From the NCBI RefSeq assembly GCF_006345805.1, contig NC_042998.1, positions 163,556,001 through 163,620,000 on the forward strand: 64,000 nucleotides of DNA. Reading direction: 5' to 3'. Under the pieces are notes generated by a model that saw only the letters and a program-made list of their open reading frames with translations, had not been told where the DNA came from and did not search any database. Positions 41,024-53,683 of the stretch are shown here, in pieces. The translations under genes and the position numbers were made by a program. This DNA is from Octopus sinensis (lineage: Eukaryota). Numbering within the stretch: the first letter of the stretch is position 1; every line of letters begins with the position of its first letter.

Positions 41024-41366
41024 CATTATTATTATCATTATTATTATTATTATTATTTGTTTTCAATAGTTTCAGGGGAACTTTAACCACATTCAGAAAG
41101 AAATCAAAATTGTTTACATTTATGAAATAGCAAGCTTTATTGCTTTTTAAAAGTGGATTGGCAGAATTGTTTAAATCTTTAATCAAAATGCCCTTCCTTG
41201 CAGCATCTTCTCCATCTCTTACATTCTGTGTTCAAGACCCACTGTGATTAACTTTACATTTATCCTTCTGAGATTGATAAGATAATGTACCAATGACGTA
41301 TTGTGATTGATTTTCATCGACTGTTCTTTCTTCATGAATTTCTAGCCTTGTGCCTCTGTAAGAATC

Positions 41367-41416
<50 letters not shown>

Positions 41417-41625
41417 TATAATAAGGGTTTTTTGCAACAAGTTGCTTGTGGTTTAAGCAACTTGTTGCAAAAAACCCTTATTATTATAATTATATAAATT
41501 TTTACCGAATATGGTCCTTTTCTATACCGAAATACTACTAGGTGAAATTTGTTGATTTTATTAAATTAATTATATTTCACCCTATATCTGTAATATATAT
41601 ATATATATATATATAATATATATAT

Positions 41626-42185
41626 AGCAGGCATGGTTGTGTAGTAATAAGCTTGCTTCCCAACTACATGGTTTTGGGTTCAGTCTCACTGCATGGCACC
41701 ACGGGCAAGTGTCTTGTACTATAGCCTCAGGCTGACCAAAGCCTTGTGAGTGGATTTGGTCGATGGAAATTGAAAGAAGCCCATCATATATATTTCTGTT
41801 TATGTATATGTTTGTGTGTCTGTGTTTGTCCTCACCACCATTGCTTGACAACTGATGCGGGTGTGTTTACGTTCTTGTACTATAGCCTCAGGCTGACCAA
41901 AGCCTTGTGAGTGGATTTGGTCGATGGAAATTGAAAGAAGCCCATCATATATATTTCTGTTTATGTATATGTTTGTGTGTCTGTGTTTGTCCTCACCACC
42001 GTTGCTTGACAACTGATGCGGGTGTGTTTACGTTCCTGCAACTAAACGGTTTGACAAAAAAGACTGATAGAATAAGTGCTAGGCTTACAAAGAATAAGTC
42101 CTGGGGTCGATTTGTTCAACTAGAGGTGGTGCTCCAGCATGGACACAGTCAAACAACTGAAACAAGGGAAAAAAATAAAGAATAT
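41626..42185 (+). mobile_element. SINE family A with a 161-bp internal tandem duplication
   Basis: 41712-41872 is repeated at 41873-42033 with one mismatch seen. Confidence 0.85.
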
Positions 42186-43460
42186 ATATAAGGTGGCAAG
42201 CTGGCAGAGTCGTTAGAAGACTCATAGAAAAATGTTTTATAGTGTTTGTTCTGAATTGAAATCCTGCTGGAGTCAACCTTGCATTTCGTCATTTTGCAAG
42301 GATTGACATAATAAGCTACCAGTCATGTACTGGGGTCATTGCTATTGACTACTCTCTCTCCCCTCAAAATTGCTGGCCTTGGCTGAATCGTTAAGGAGTT
42401 GGACAAAATGTTTTGCAACATTTCTTGTGATTCATTTTATTTTGAGTTCAATGCCACCAAAGTCAATATTGCGTTTCATCCTTTCGGGGTCAAGAAAATA
42501 AAGTAATGGTCAAGTCCTGAGGTCAATGTTATTAAATAAACCCTCTCCCTAAAATTGATGGCAAAATTAGATGATATAACAATAATGATAATAATAATAA
42601 TAATAATAATATAATACTTTCTGCTATAGGCTATCATCACCATAATCATCCTCATCAAAGCTTATGTTCTTTAATCAGGCTGTCCATTTGCTGCCAACAT
42701 CCTCTGCATAATAGGCATGATATTCTATGGACAAAATATGCAGAGATGCTTTAAAGTTGTGCCATTTGGAAATGTTCCACTGGAGTTTAGCAGGGATAAG
42801 CCATTGATCATGCACATTTTCCCAGAGCTTATCTCTTTGACAGAATGGCAGTCCTCTGTTAAACAAAGACTGAAACTGGGCACCTGGCGTAAGTGTTATG
42901 ATTGATGAGATCACTACCAGTTTGGAACAAACTTTACAGGTACAGAAGTACTTTCAGAGGTAATTGTCCAAGATGTATGTAGGGCAATTAAATCATCCTG
43001 CACACACATGTAGTGTCTAATCTTTGCTGACTAGCTCTATCACCCTGCTGGACTTGCTAATTAACCATTAACTGGGATCCTTAGAGGTGCTTCTATTCCA
43101 ATTCAGAGAGAGTAGACTTGGGAACAATAGGGGCTAAAGGGTTGATTCCACACTCCTCGAAATCCTGGAACTCCCAAATAAGGGCCCCACAACTGGATAC
43201 CGTTTTATTTAGGAGGTACTGTCTTCTAGTATACTTAAGGTGAGTTTCACTGAGTAAGATCTACATGAAAATTCTGAGTTCAAATGCCACTGAGGTCTGG
43301 TTTGCTTTTCATCTCTCTCTTGAGTCAATAAAATAAGTACCAGCCAAGCACTCTAAGTACTGCAAATGACTTATTTCTTCCCTCAAAATTGCTGCCTTGT
43401 GCCAAAATCAAAAAGAATTATCATCATCATTGTCATCACCATCTTCATTATTATTACTAA

Positions 43461-43672
43461 GGCAGTGAGCTGGTAGAATCATTAGTGTACCAGGCAGAAT
43501 GCTTAGCAGCATTTCATTTGTCTTCACATTCTGAGTTCAAATTCCACTGAGGTCATCTTTGCCTTTCATCCTTTTAGGGTCAATAATATGAGTATCAGTC
43601 AAGCACTGGGGTCAGTGTAATTGACTATCCCCCTTCCTATAAATTGCAGACTTTGTGCCTATAATAGACAGG

Positions 43673-43711
<39 letters not shown>

Positions 43712-44230
43712 GCCTCAAGCTGACAGAATCATTAACATGCCAGATAAAATACAGAGTAGCATTTCATCTATCATTCTGTTTGAATGCCACTAAAGTTGAT
43801 GGTAACCCACAACCCAAAATTTCAGGCTTTGTGTTTTTATTATTATTGTTATTATCATCATCATTATTATTACTATTATTTTTATCATTATTAAAGTGGC
43901 GAGCTGGCAGAATCGTTAGCACGCTGGGCAAAATGCTTAGGGGTAATTTGTTTGTTGCTATGTTCTGAATTCAAATTCTGCCAAGGTTGACTTTGCCTTT
44001 CATCCTTTCGGGGTTGATAAATTAAGTACAAGTGAAATACTGGGGTCACTGTGATCAACTAGCCCTCTCCCCATAAATTTCAGGCCTTGTACCTATAGTT
44101 GAAAGGATTATTATTTTGCCTTTCATCCTTTTGGTGTTGATAAATTAAGTACCAGTTGAGTTCTGGGGTTGATATGATTGACTGTGCCCTTCCCCACAAA
44201 ATCCAGGCTTGTGCCTATACTAGAAGGGAT
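43461..44230 (+). mobile_element. Array of four family B SINE units (some truncated)
   Basis: Starts at about 43461, 43711, 43896 and 44116, separated by (TTA)n tails. Confidence 0.8.
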
Positions 44231-44274
44231 TGTTGTTGTTGTTGTTGTTGTCGTCGTCGTCGTCCTCATCATCA

Positions 44275-44850
44275 TTGAGTGAGAGAGCAGTGAATGCCAT
44301 CAAAGTGACACTGAGGGAAATGTACAAAGCCCAGTATACCCATCATGACTACCCATCTGATAAGGGTGCACCAGGCATATGCATCACAACCATGCGACAT
44401 GGTGATTTCACATCAAGATAAAATGCACATGACCTTGCTGGTGGGGGCCCAGTTAGAATTTTCTTCAGGTTGAGTAGCCAATCCTGCTCAAAAGGTCCCT
44501 GAATAAGGGTTGATTAAGGCTGTTGAATGAGACACCCATGTTTCCAGAGGTGAATTATCCAAACCCCAGAGAATTCCTCTCAACACATGGCTATATTGCT
44601 CCCCCACTACTTCTGCTCGTGATCAGAAATGCACATATCGTCAGACACTAAGGGACATGGTCAATTGGTTGAGGTCAAACAACTGACAAGCAAATCTGTG
44701 GTATTGAGCAGAATATTTGTTGTCACCCATCTTTTATACCAAGACAAAACAATGTACATGATAACACTTCCAATCAGTTAAGATGAGAAGCCATGAAAGC
44801 CACTGCCTAATACTGCATCAAGGCATTTATTATTATTATTATTATCATCA
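44275..44850 (+). repeat. Unclassified interspersed repeat, probably a LINE 3' fragment
   Basis: Higher-complexity block ending in (TTA)n; no ORF recognised. Confidence 0.3.
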
Positions 44851-45090
44851 TTATTAAGCAGTAAGTGAATGAAAGCAAAACATACAGGGGGCACATATAT
44901 TTTCTGTATGTGTCATCTTACTTTGTTTCTTTTTTTTTTATTCTTTTTGGTAGGTGGGATTTCTCTGTATGGGGGGGGGTATTTTCTTCTTTTTCATTGG
45001 CCCCAAAACCCTGCCAAAAATTAAAATAATAAACAATAAATAAAATCAGTCTCTTGATAGGAATCTAATAACCTGATTCATGGCTTACAC

Positions 45091-45125
<35 letters not shown>

Positions 45126-45421
45126 AGGGCTTGGGTTCATGGTATAATTTAGCTTGTACATGTATGTGTCAGCATGTACTGTTTTTGCTTTATGTGAATG
45201 TGTGCATATCTATACTCATAAGTATAAGCTATTCTCCCTTATATATATGTAATCATTTAATGTTCATTTTCCATGCAGGCATGTGTTGGACATATATATT
45301 TCAAAATTTTTCTTTTGCAGTGAAACTCAAAGTAGATGAAACTATAAATAATAGCGTAATATAGAATATTGAATTTAAAAAAAACCCTTGAATGGAAAAA
45401 AAGTCAAGGCTACTGGTCATG

Positions 45422-45458
<37 letters not shown>

Positions 45459-45631
45459 ATATACATGTATGTATGTATATGTACATGTATGTGTATAATA
45501 TATATATATATATGCATGTATGTATACACACACACACACACAGAATATATAATATATATATAGTAGTAGCCTTCAACTTTTCTTTTCCATTATATATATA
45601 TATATATTATATATTTATGTATATATATATA

Positions 45632-45679
<48 letters not shown>

Positions 45680-47111
45680 GATGTGTGTATATATATATAT
45701 ATATATATATGTAGATGTATATATAGTGAATGTGTGTGTAGGGATATATATCTGTGCATGAATGAAAGTGTATGTACACTTGTTAAATACACATAGTCCT
45801 TTTGATGAGTATATGTTTGCCCTGTGTGTGTGTGTGTGTGCATTAAAACAGCATAAATGATGTTTAAAGAAACATAGAATTGAAGTAAGACATTCCCTTT
45901 CACTTCCTTTTTTTTTTTGTCTTTTAGGTTATTTCACTGTCTGGTCATTTATAATTTTGAGAGCCTAAGACAAGTAGTTTTTCTTTTTCTTTTCTTTATT
46001 TTTTATTAAGAGAGGTGAACAACAATTTCATACCTACATAAATATTTATTGCAGTCTTAAAAGAAGAAAAAAGGTATTATATAAATATATAAATGAATGA
46101 ATAAGACAGGGAGAAAAAAAATGGTCCAGATTTCAAGTGGAATGATTTGAAAGTTGAAGGAAAATTGTTTGTGTAAGTGCTTACATAGTGATAGGTAGAT
46201 CTTCCGATAGACCCACCCATATACACAATTTTATATGCATATATGGAAATATATTTATGTATATTCATACAAGTAGATATGTGTGTGTGTGTGTGTGTGT
46301 GTATGTATATAACTATGTGTGTAAATATATAATACATATATATAACCACAAACAAATACATACATATATATATATGTGTATGCATGTATGTGTATCTATG
46401 TGTGTAGGTATACAGCTGTATATGTATGTGTGTTTGTATGTGTATAGGCATGCAACTGTGCATGTGTATATGTATATATATATAGAAAGAGAAAAATGGA
46501 TAGACAGATATAGACTCACAAATATATATACACACACTATTCTTTCATATACGTGTGTGTGTGTATTTATATGTACATCACCACCTGTACACTCTATACA
46601 ACACAACACCTCATATGCTACCATCACCTCCACTCATACCTCTAATAACACAAAACAGCAACACAAAAATTATATTCATACAAATACAAGCATCACCATA
46701 TTCACATGTATGTATATATGTATATTTGTGTATGTGTATATGTGTGAGAGAGAGAGAGAAAAATCAGCTCAACAACTACCCTAGGATCTCCTGTAGAGTG
46801 TGAAAGTATTGCAGTCATCTATATTTGACATGGTGACAGGGAATGCGTTGTGCTGTTCAGTCTACTGCTTAACACTGTGATTGATAAATGAAGCGAACTT
46901 GGTGAAGTAAATTGATTTGAAATACTGCATGGACAATGTGTGTTCAAGTGTTGTTGTTCTTGGAATTGTGTGTGTGTGTGTGTGTTAGGGAAAGTTAGGG
47001 AAAGGCCTGTAGGTTCAGTGTTAAGTCTGTTCACACGAAAAATTAAAAAAATTTTTTTATGTGATGTGAGTACCTATATGTGCCTGAATTAGTATGTGTG
47101 TATATAGGTGT

Positions 47112-47162
<51 letters not shown>

Positions 47163-47330
47163 TATATATATATATAATATATATATATATACATAAAACA
47201 AATACATGCTAACACAAACACACACACTCTCACCCTTATATATGCCATCAAAAAAGGAATTAGGGGATTAAATTTTATGTATGTTTGTGTCTAAATGTAC
47301 ATTTATGTATCCATATGTACTTATACACAC

Positions 47331-47379
<49 letters not shown>

Positions 47380-47399
47380 CACACATATATATATATGCA

Positions 47400-47439
<40 letters not shown>

Positions 47440-47859
47440 TGTATACATGCACACTGGTGACCATATCTATTTCCCTCATTATTTTCTAATCTCATTTTGT
47501 TTTATTTCTGGAAAATAAATGGAACCATAACGCACACATACATAGACACACATACGCACACACGTGCATCATACACATTACTACCAGCAAACTCTCTCTT
47601 GCATCACACATGCATACACATTAGCAAACATACAGACATGACATCATACATTAAAATACAGATACACATACTAAAACAATGTTTTTGGCTGCTTCATTGG
47701 ATTTCACTGGGAATGAATATGGTAGGGCTAGGTTAGTGGGGGCTGGAGAGAGTGACACCACACTACATCCACCCACACACTCATACAACATACTCTCTTC
47801 TTCTCTTTTTCTCTTTGCTTTTTTACACACACACTCACACACACATGTATGTATGAATG

Positions 47860-47878
47860 ATTTTGTGTATATATGTGC

Positions 47879-47916
<38 letters not shown>

Positions 47917-48345
47917 GCACATATATACACAAAATCATACATACATATGTGTATATATGTATATATATACATACATACACATGCACACAGATATATACAT
48001 ATATTAATATATGTATACATATGTGTGTATATGTAGTATATGTATATGTGTCTGTGTTTACATATATACACACACATATATATTTATATGTGTGTATATA
48101 TATGTGTGTGTGTATATATATGTATATATATTTACATATGTGTATGTATGTATGTATATATATATATATATTTACATATGTATATATATATATATATATA
48201 CACATTTACATATGTATATATATATATATATATATATATTTACATATGCACATATATATATATACACATTTACATATGTATATACATATATATACATATA
48301 TATATATATATAATATATATATATATAATATATATATATAATATA
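47860..48345. repeat. Degenerate (TA)/(CA) microsatellite block (also 45380-45730)
   Basis: Directly visible. Confidence 0.9.
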
Positions 48346-48943
48346 CGTGTGTTTGTCTCTCTCTCTGTCTCAATATCTACCTAGCTGGAAGAAAATAAAT
48401 TCTTTCTTATATTAAGAGATATAAAACTATTAATGGACTGTTATGAACAAAACAACAATGTCAACGATGACAACAACAACAGCAACAACAACTACAATAA
48501 CAACAACATAAGGATTATTCTGTGAATGAGTTATTTCTCCTGCGCTCAACCAATTTTAGTGGCACTAATTTGACATTCTTCGGATCTGTTTATATATTTT
48601 TTTCCGGGACAGATTTCAGGAATGTCTGTCTGTCTCTGTATACATGTTTATGTTTGTGTGTACGTGAATATGTGTATGTATATGTGTATTTTCATATACA
48701 TACACATGCATGTGTATATCAGTGTCTGTGTGTATGTGCATGCATGAGAGTATCTATGGCTGTATGTAAATGTGTATGTGTTTGTACTTGTGTGCATATG
48801 TATGTTTGTATGTGGATGAATGTAGTTTTGCATGTATAAGAGTATTTATAAGATAAATTTGTCTGTGTATATGCTTGTGTATATGGTGAATGATTTAGAG
48901 TATGTGTTGTTTATTCATCATGTATCTCATGTGTATATATGCA

Positions 48944-48975
<32 letters not shown>

Positions 48976-50235
48976 TCTGTGTGTGTGATTGAAAAAAGCA
49001 CACCTATGTATACTGAACACCATATAAAACGTTTCTCTGTGTATATATATGTTTATTGACATACATATATTATAAACACACACACACATGTATGTATTTG
49101 ATTAACATGCAGCATTTAGTCATGCGTCTTACATCCATGCATCATACACACTCACACACACACCCACACATACATCTTGTTGAATGTCAGACACAGTTTT
49201 ACACTTGCATTGAGTTTAAGTTTGAAATATAGACATTAGATATATGAAGCGAGTAAAAAAAAAAAAGAGCAGAAAACTAAGAAAGGGAAAATCCTAAAAT
49301 ATTTAACATTTAACTTGTAGGAAAAGAAAATACTTCCACTCTGTATTCCTCATTCATGTATATATCTATATGTATGGAACAAAGAGAGAAAGAGAGAGGC
49401 TCCACAGGTGTATGTTTACTTATTAATAGGATCATGCATGCATTCACAGACATGCAGACAATACATGTTTACCATAGGATCTAGCACATTCTGTAAAGTT
49501 GTTAGCATTAGAAAGGGCATCCAGCCATAGAAACGAAACCAAAAGCAAAACACCCAAGCGTGATGTAGTCTTCCAACCTGTCTAGACTAGCAGCACCCTC
49601 AAATATGTGCGGAGCCAAACAGTGGCAAATCTTCTAACCCATGCCAGCGTGGAAAGTGGACATAAAATATTGATGACGATGATGATGATCACACACATAG
49701 TTATATTCTTTTGCTTCATTCAGTCATTGGACTGCAAACATGCTGGGGCACTGCTCTGAAGGGCCTTGCCAAACAAATTCACCCCAGTACTTATTTTATT
49801 GGTTGCTTTTGCTGATGTGCTAAGGTAGAAGGAAGTGAACAAACCAACACTGGTCGTCAAGTGATGAGGAGATAAACACAGTGATACACATACATGCACA
49901 CACACACACACACAATATGCTTCCATACAGTTTCCATCAATCAGGTTCACTCACAAGGCATTGGTCTGCCCACAAGACATTTTTCAAAGGTGCCATGCAG
50001 TGGGACTGAACCCGAAACCATGTAGTTCAAAGCAAACGGCTTAACCATATAGCCATGCCTGCACCTGTAACATACATACATACATACATATATATATTAT
50101 ATATATATATATGTCTATTGTTGTATTTAGGAATGGTCATTTTGCCAGTTTAGCCAATAAAAACACAATCACTATATATTTGGTGTTACTTTGCTTCAGT
50201 GTTATTTATTTTTTACATTAATCTTAATCTTATTT

Positions 50236-50281
50236 CGGCCAGAGTTCTTTCGTCACACTCCTGTGACCGCATCAGTGGTCC
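50236..50281 (-). ncRNA. Minimal type I hammerhead-ribozyme-like motif (core variant) in a Penelope-like fragment
   Basis: GGACCA-CUGAUGCG-GUCACA(GGAG)UGUGAC-GAAA-G(AA)CUC-UGGCC: perfect 6-bp stem II, 2-bp stem III, CUC triplet and stem I pairing. Core deviates from CUGANGA. Confidence 0.45.
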
Positions 50282-50449
50282 TTTGTTTTCTTCTTACTTA
50301 TTTGTGTCTCTCCTTTCTAAGTACTGGGGTGAATTTGTTTGGCAAGGCCCTTCAGAGCAGTGCCCCAGCATGGTTGCAGTCCAATGACTGAATGAAGCAA
50401 AAGACATGCAGGAAGTAAATTGACACCTTTAATTTTCAAAATCTTTTAT

Positions 50450-50900
50450 TTGATATTAATTGGTTGAAGGAGAGCTGCTCGTCCATAATACCCAAGCTTA
50501 TGCAGATATGTAACACATGTTCTTGGACTAACTTCTAGCAGTTTTGCAATGTCAAGCCTTCGAACGGGGTTCATTTTCCACAATTCTCTTCAAACATTGA
50601 AGCTTCCTTTCCAAGGGTCCAGGTCGGCCGGGACGAGAAACTGTTGATTCTTTTCCTAGGCTTTTGAATTGCACTATAATTCTATTAACAGTAGCATGAG
50701 GAATTTGAAGATTTTTAGCAATTTTTCGCTGGCTAAGACCAGCCTTAGATTGCCCAACAATACAACCTCTTTAAAAATCTGACAGTTCTGCTGAATTTTT
50801 TGTGTGTGGCATGGTTACTCTTCGCAAATGTTTAATATTATGGAAACTGGAATGAAAAAGAATAATTACATTGTAAATTCTACACTTCTGAAAACATATC
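50450..50900 (-). mobile_element. Tc1-like transposase N-terminal remnant
   Basis: 50812 to 50552 translates [45 protein letters not shown]...SRPGRP, a Tc1 HTH with a GRP motif. Confidence 0.75.
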
Positions 50901-51483
50901 AAGATGCTTAGATCAGAAATTTTGAAAATTAAAGGTGTCTATTTACTTCCTGCATGCCTGTGTATACACACACACACACACACACACACACTTCATCTTG
51001 AACCATTAACCTCTACACGTTTTTTCTCTCTCCATTTTTTCCTCTCATTTCTTTCTGTCAAAGAGCATAGGCATGAGCTGTCAAAGACTTTTCCATTCTT
51101 CCCAAGCATTAAAAACTAATACACTTGTTTGTTTTTTCCTTCACCTGTCTTCATCTTTTGTTTTCTGTAAATTTAAACTATATATATATATATGTGTGTG
51201 TGCTTACGTGCATGCAAGAATCTATGTGTTGTGTGTGTGTGTGTCTGTTTGTTTGTGTGCACTGTTGTGTTGACATCATGTGAAGGTTGTAAGTGAATGT
51301 CACCGTCTTAGAAGTGAAATGAAAAACATGTCTGGCCAAGGGGAAATGCTACCCTGTTTGGAAACAGGTGAGGGTTGAGGACTGGAAGGACATTTGGCTA
51401 TACAAAAATCTGCCTCAACAAATTCAATCTGATCCATACAAACATGCAAAAGTGGACTTTTAAATAATGATGATGTTGATGAT

Positions 51484-51860
51484 GGTAGAAGTGGCTGTGA
51501 GGTAAGTAGCTTGCTTACCAACCACATGGTTCGGTGTTCATTCCCACTGCATGGCACCTTGGGCAAGTGTCTTCTACTATAGCCTCAGGCTGACCAAAGC
51601 CATGTGAGTGGATTTGGTAGACAGAAACTGAAAGAAGTCTGTTGTATATATGTATGTGTGTGTGTCTGTGTTAGTCCCCACAATATCGCTTGACAACCGA
51701 TGCTGGTGTGTTTACATCCCCGTAACTTAGCGGTTCGGCAAAAGAGCCCGATAGAATAAGTACTAGGCTTACAAAGAATAAGTCCTGGGGTCGATTTGCT
51801 TGACTAAAGGCAGTGCTCCAGCATGGCCGCAGTCAAATGACTGAAACAAGTAAAAGAGAG
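51484..51860 (+). mobile_element. SINE family A, best-preserved copy
   Basis: tRNA-like head (gtggctgtgaggtaag; B-box-like gttcattccc), body ggcaccttgggcaagtgtcttctactatagcc, tail ggcagtgctccagcatggccgcagtcaaatgactgaaacaagtaaaag. Confidence 0.88.
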
Positions 51861-52366
51861 TATATATATCTAAAGAATACCCCCATACATATATATATAT
51901 AGAGGACATGTATGTGCATATGTACATATTTGTGTATATGTCGTTATGTGGACATATTTTTGGATTGTATGGATGCAGGTATATACGCTACAGTACACCC
52001 ACCCACCAATGTTGATGATAATGATTATGATATCTAATGTGTTTAAGCAGTAAGGTATCTTGTTTGTTTTGTACTATGACATTTTATTTTAAAATCTCAA
52101 CTGTTTCTAGACTGCATGTATATATATACAAACACATACACACACTCATAACTAACACTATGCTCTAATGTTTATGTTGTAGCTTACCTCCTGCCAATAA
52201 ATGTTTATTTCTTTTCTTATGTGTCATATACTGAAAAGCTTGTTTATTATAAACTTTCTCTCTCTGTCTCCTACCGTTCCCCCTCTCTCTCTCCCTCCCT
52301 CCCTGTTGCCCTTCTCTCCCCACCACTTATTTTCACCACCCCTCCTACTCTCTCACTTACTCCCTG

Positions 52367-52398
<32 letters not shown>

Positions 52399-52729
52399 TG
52401 CACCCTGTTCTCTCTCCCTCTCATGTGTGTGTACACAGTCAAGGATGCATGTGCACATGACAAAAATAACTATACATCAATGTGTATGCCTTTTGTTTTG
52501 TTATACATTTGTATGTGTTTTATGTTAAAAGTTTTCTTTTGCTTTTTTTTTGTCTAATGGTGATGAAGAGGTCAAGGAAGGAACCATGGAATTTGTTGCC
52601 CTCTCTCCCCCATCCTACTGCTGTGACAGTAGAAATGTTAAATAAGAAATAGCAAATTTTCTGAAACAAAATCAGTCATATGTGTGTGTGTGTATATATA
52701 TATATACATACATACATACACACACACAT

Positions 52730-53416
52730 ATTAAGAGAAGAAAATGAAGAGTTAATGGTTAATAATTATTTACGTGCCGGTGACACGTAAAAGCACCATC
52801 CGTTCGTGGCCGTTTGCCAGCTTTGTCTGGCCCCGTGTCGGTGGCACGTAAAAGCACCATCCGTTCGTGTCCGTTGCCAGCATTGCCTGGCCCCGTGCCG
52901 GTGACACGTAAAAGCACCATCGTGGCCATTTGCCAGCTCTGTCTGGCACCTGTGCAGGTGGCACGTAAAAAGCACCCACTACACTCACGGAGTGGTTGGC
53001 GTTAGGAAGGGCATCCAGCCGTAGAAACACTGCCAGATCCAACTGGGCCTGACGAAGCCTCCCAGCTTCACAGACCCCAGTTGAACCGTCCAACCCATGC
53101 TAGCATGGAAAGCGGACGCTAAATGATGATGATGATGATGATGATGATGATAATCATTTCTTCCTACAGTTGTTTCTATTTATACTCATTGAATGAATTA
53201 CAAATTGTCCATTAAATTTACATTCATAAGTTATGAGCAAAATATCATGAGGGAAAAGTTAGACATTGCTTTGCTCATAACTTATAAATGCAAATTTAAT
53301 GCACAAATTTGTAATTTATTCAATGAGTATAAATAGAAACAGCTGTAAGAAGAAATGATTATCAATTTATTAGTAAATAATTATTAACTGCTAAGTCTCC
53401 ATTTTCTTTTCTTAAT
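52730..53416. mobile_element. AT-rich foldback element with an RTE 3' insertion in its left arm
   Basis: 52730-52773 plus 53149-53241 are the reverse complement of 53270-53416. Confidence 0.8.
52774..53148 (+). mobile_element. 5'-truncated RTE 3' UTR with four tandem units and (GAT)n tail
   Basis: Units begin gtgccggtgrcacgtaaaagcacc; the 3' block matches 17580-17755. Confidence 0.88.
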
Positions 53417-53683
53417 TTAATATGGATTATATACTTAATATATACCTATTGATTCAGGTAAATTTTATTTCCCAAAGATATAAGGTATAAAACCAGTGTT
53501 TTCTTGGGTGTAATCATCACTTTAAGAGGTTAATATAGCCTCTAATTAATTTGCATATGTGTGTGTGTGTGTGTGTATTTGCATGTTTATATATATATAT
53601 AAAAATATGTGTGTGTGTGTGTGTATACACAAGTGAGTGGATAAATATAAGAAGGGCACTCAACACGTTTATTGGGAGTTACA

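Noticed and set aside
42660-43020. Possible transposase remnant (ORF 42675-42914)
   Set aside because: No diagnostic motif or TIR could be confirmed by eye.
52774-52990. CRISPR-like repeat-spacer pattern
   Set aside because: Eukaryotic context, the 'spacers' are homologous to each other, there are no cas genes, and the array is part of the RTE 3' UTR.
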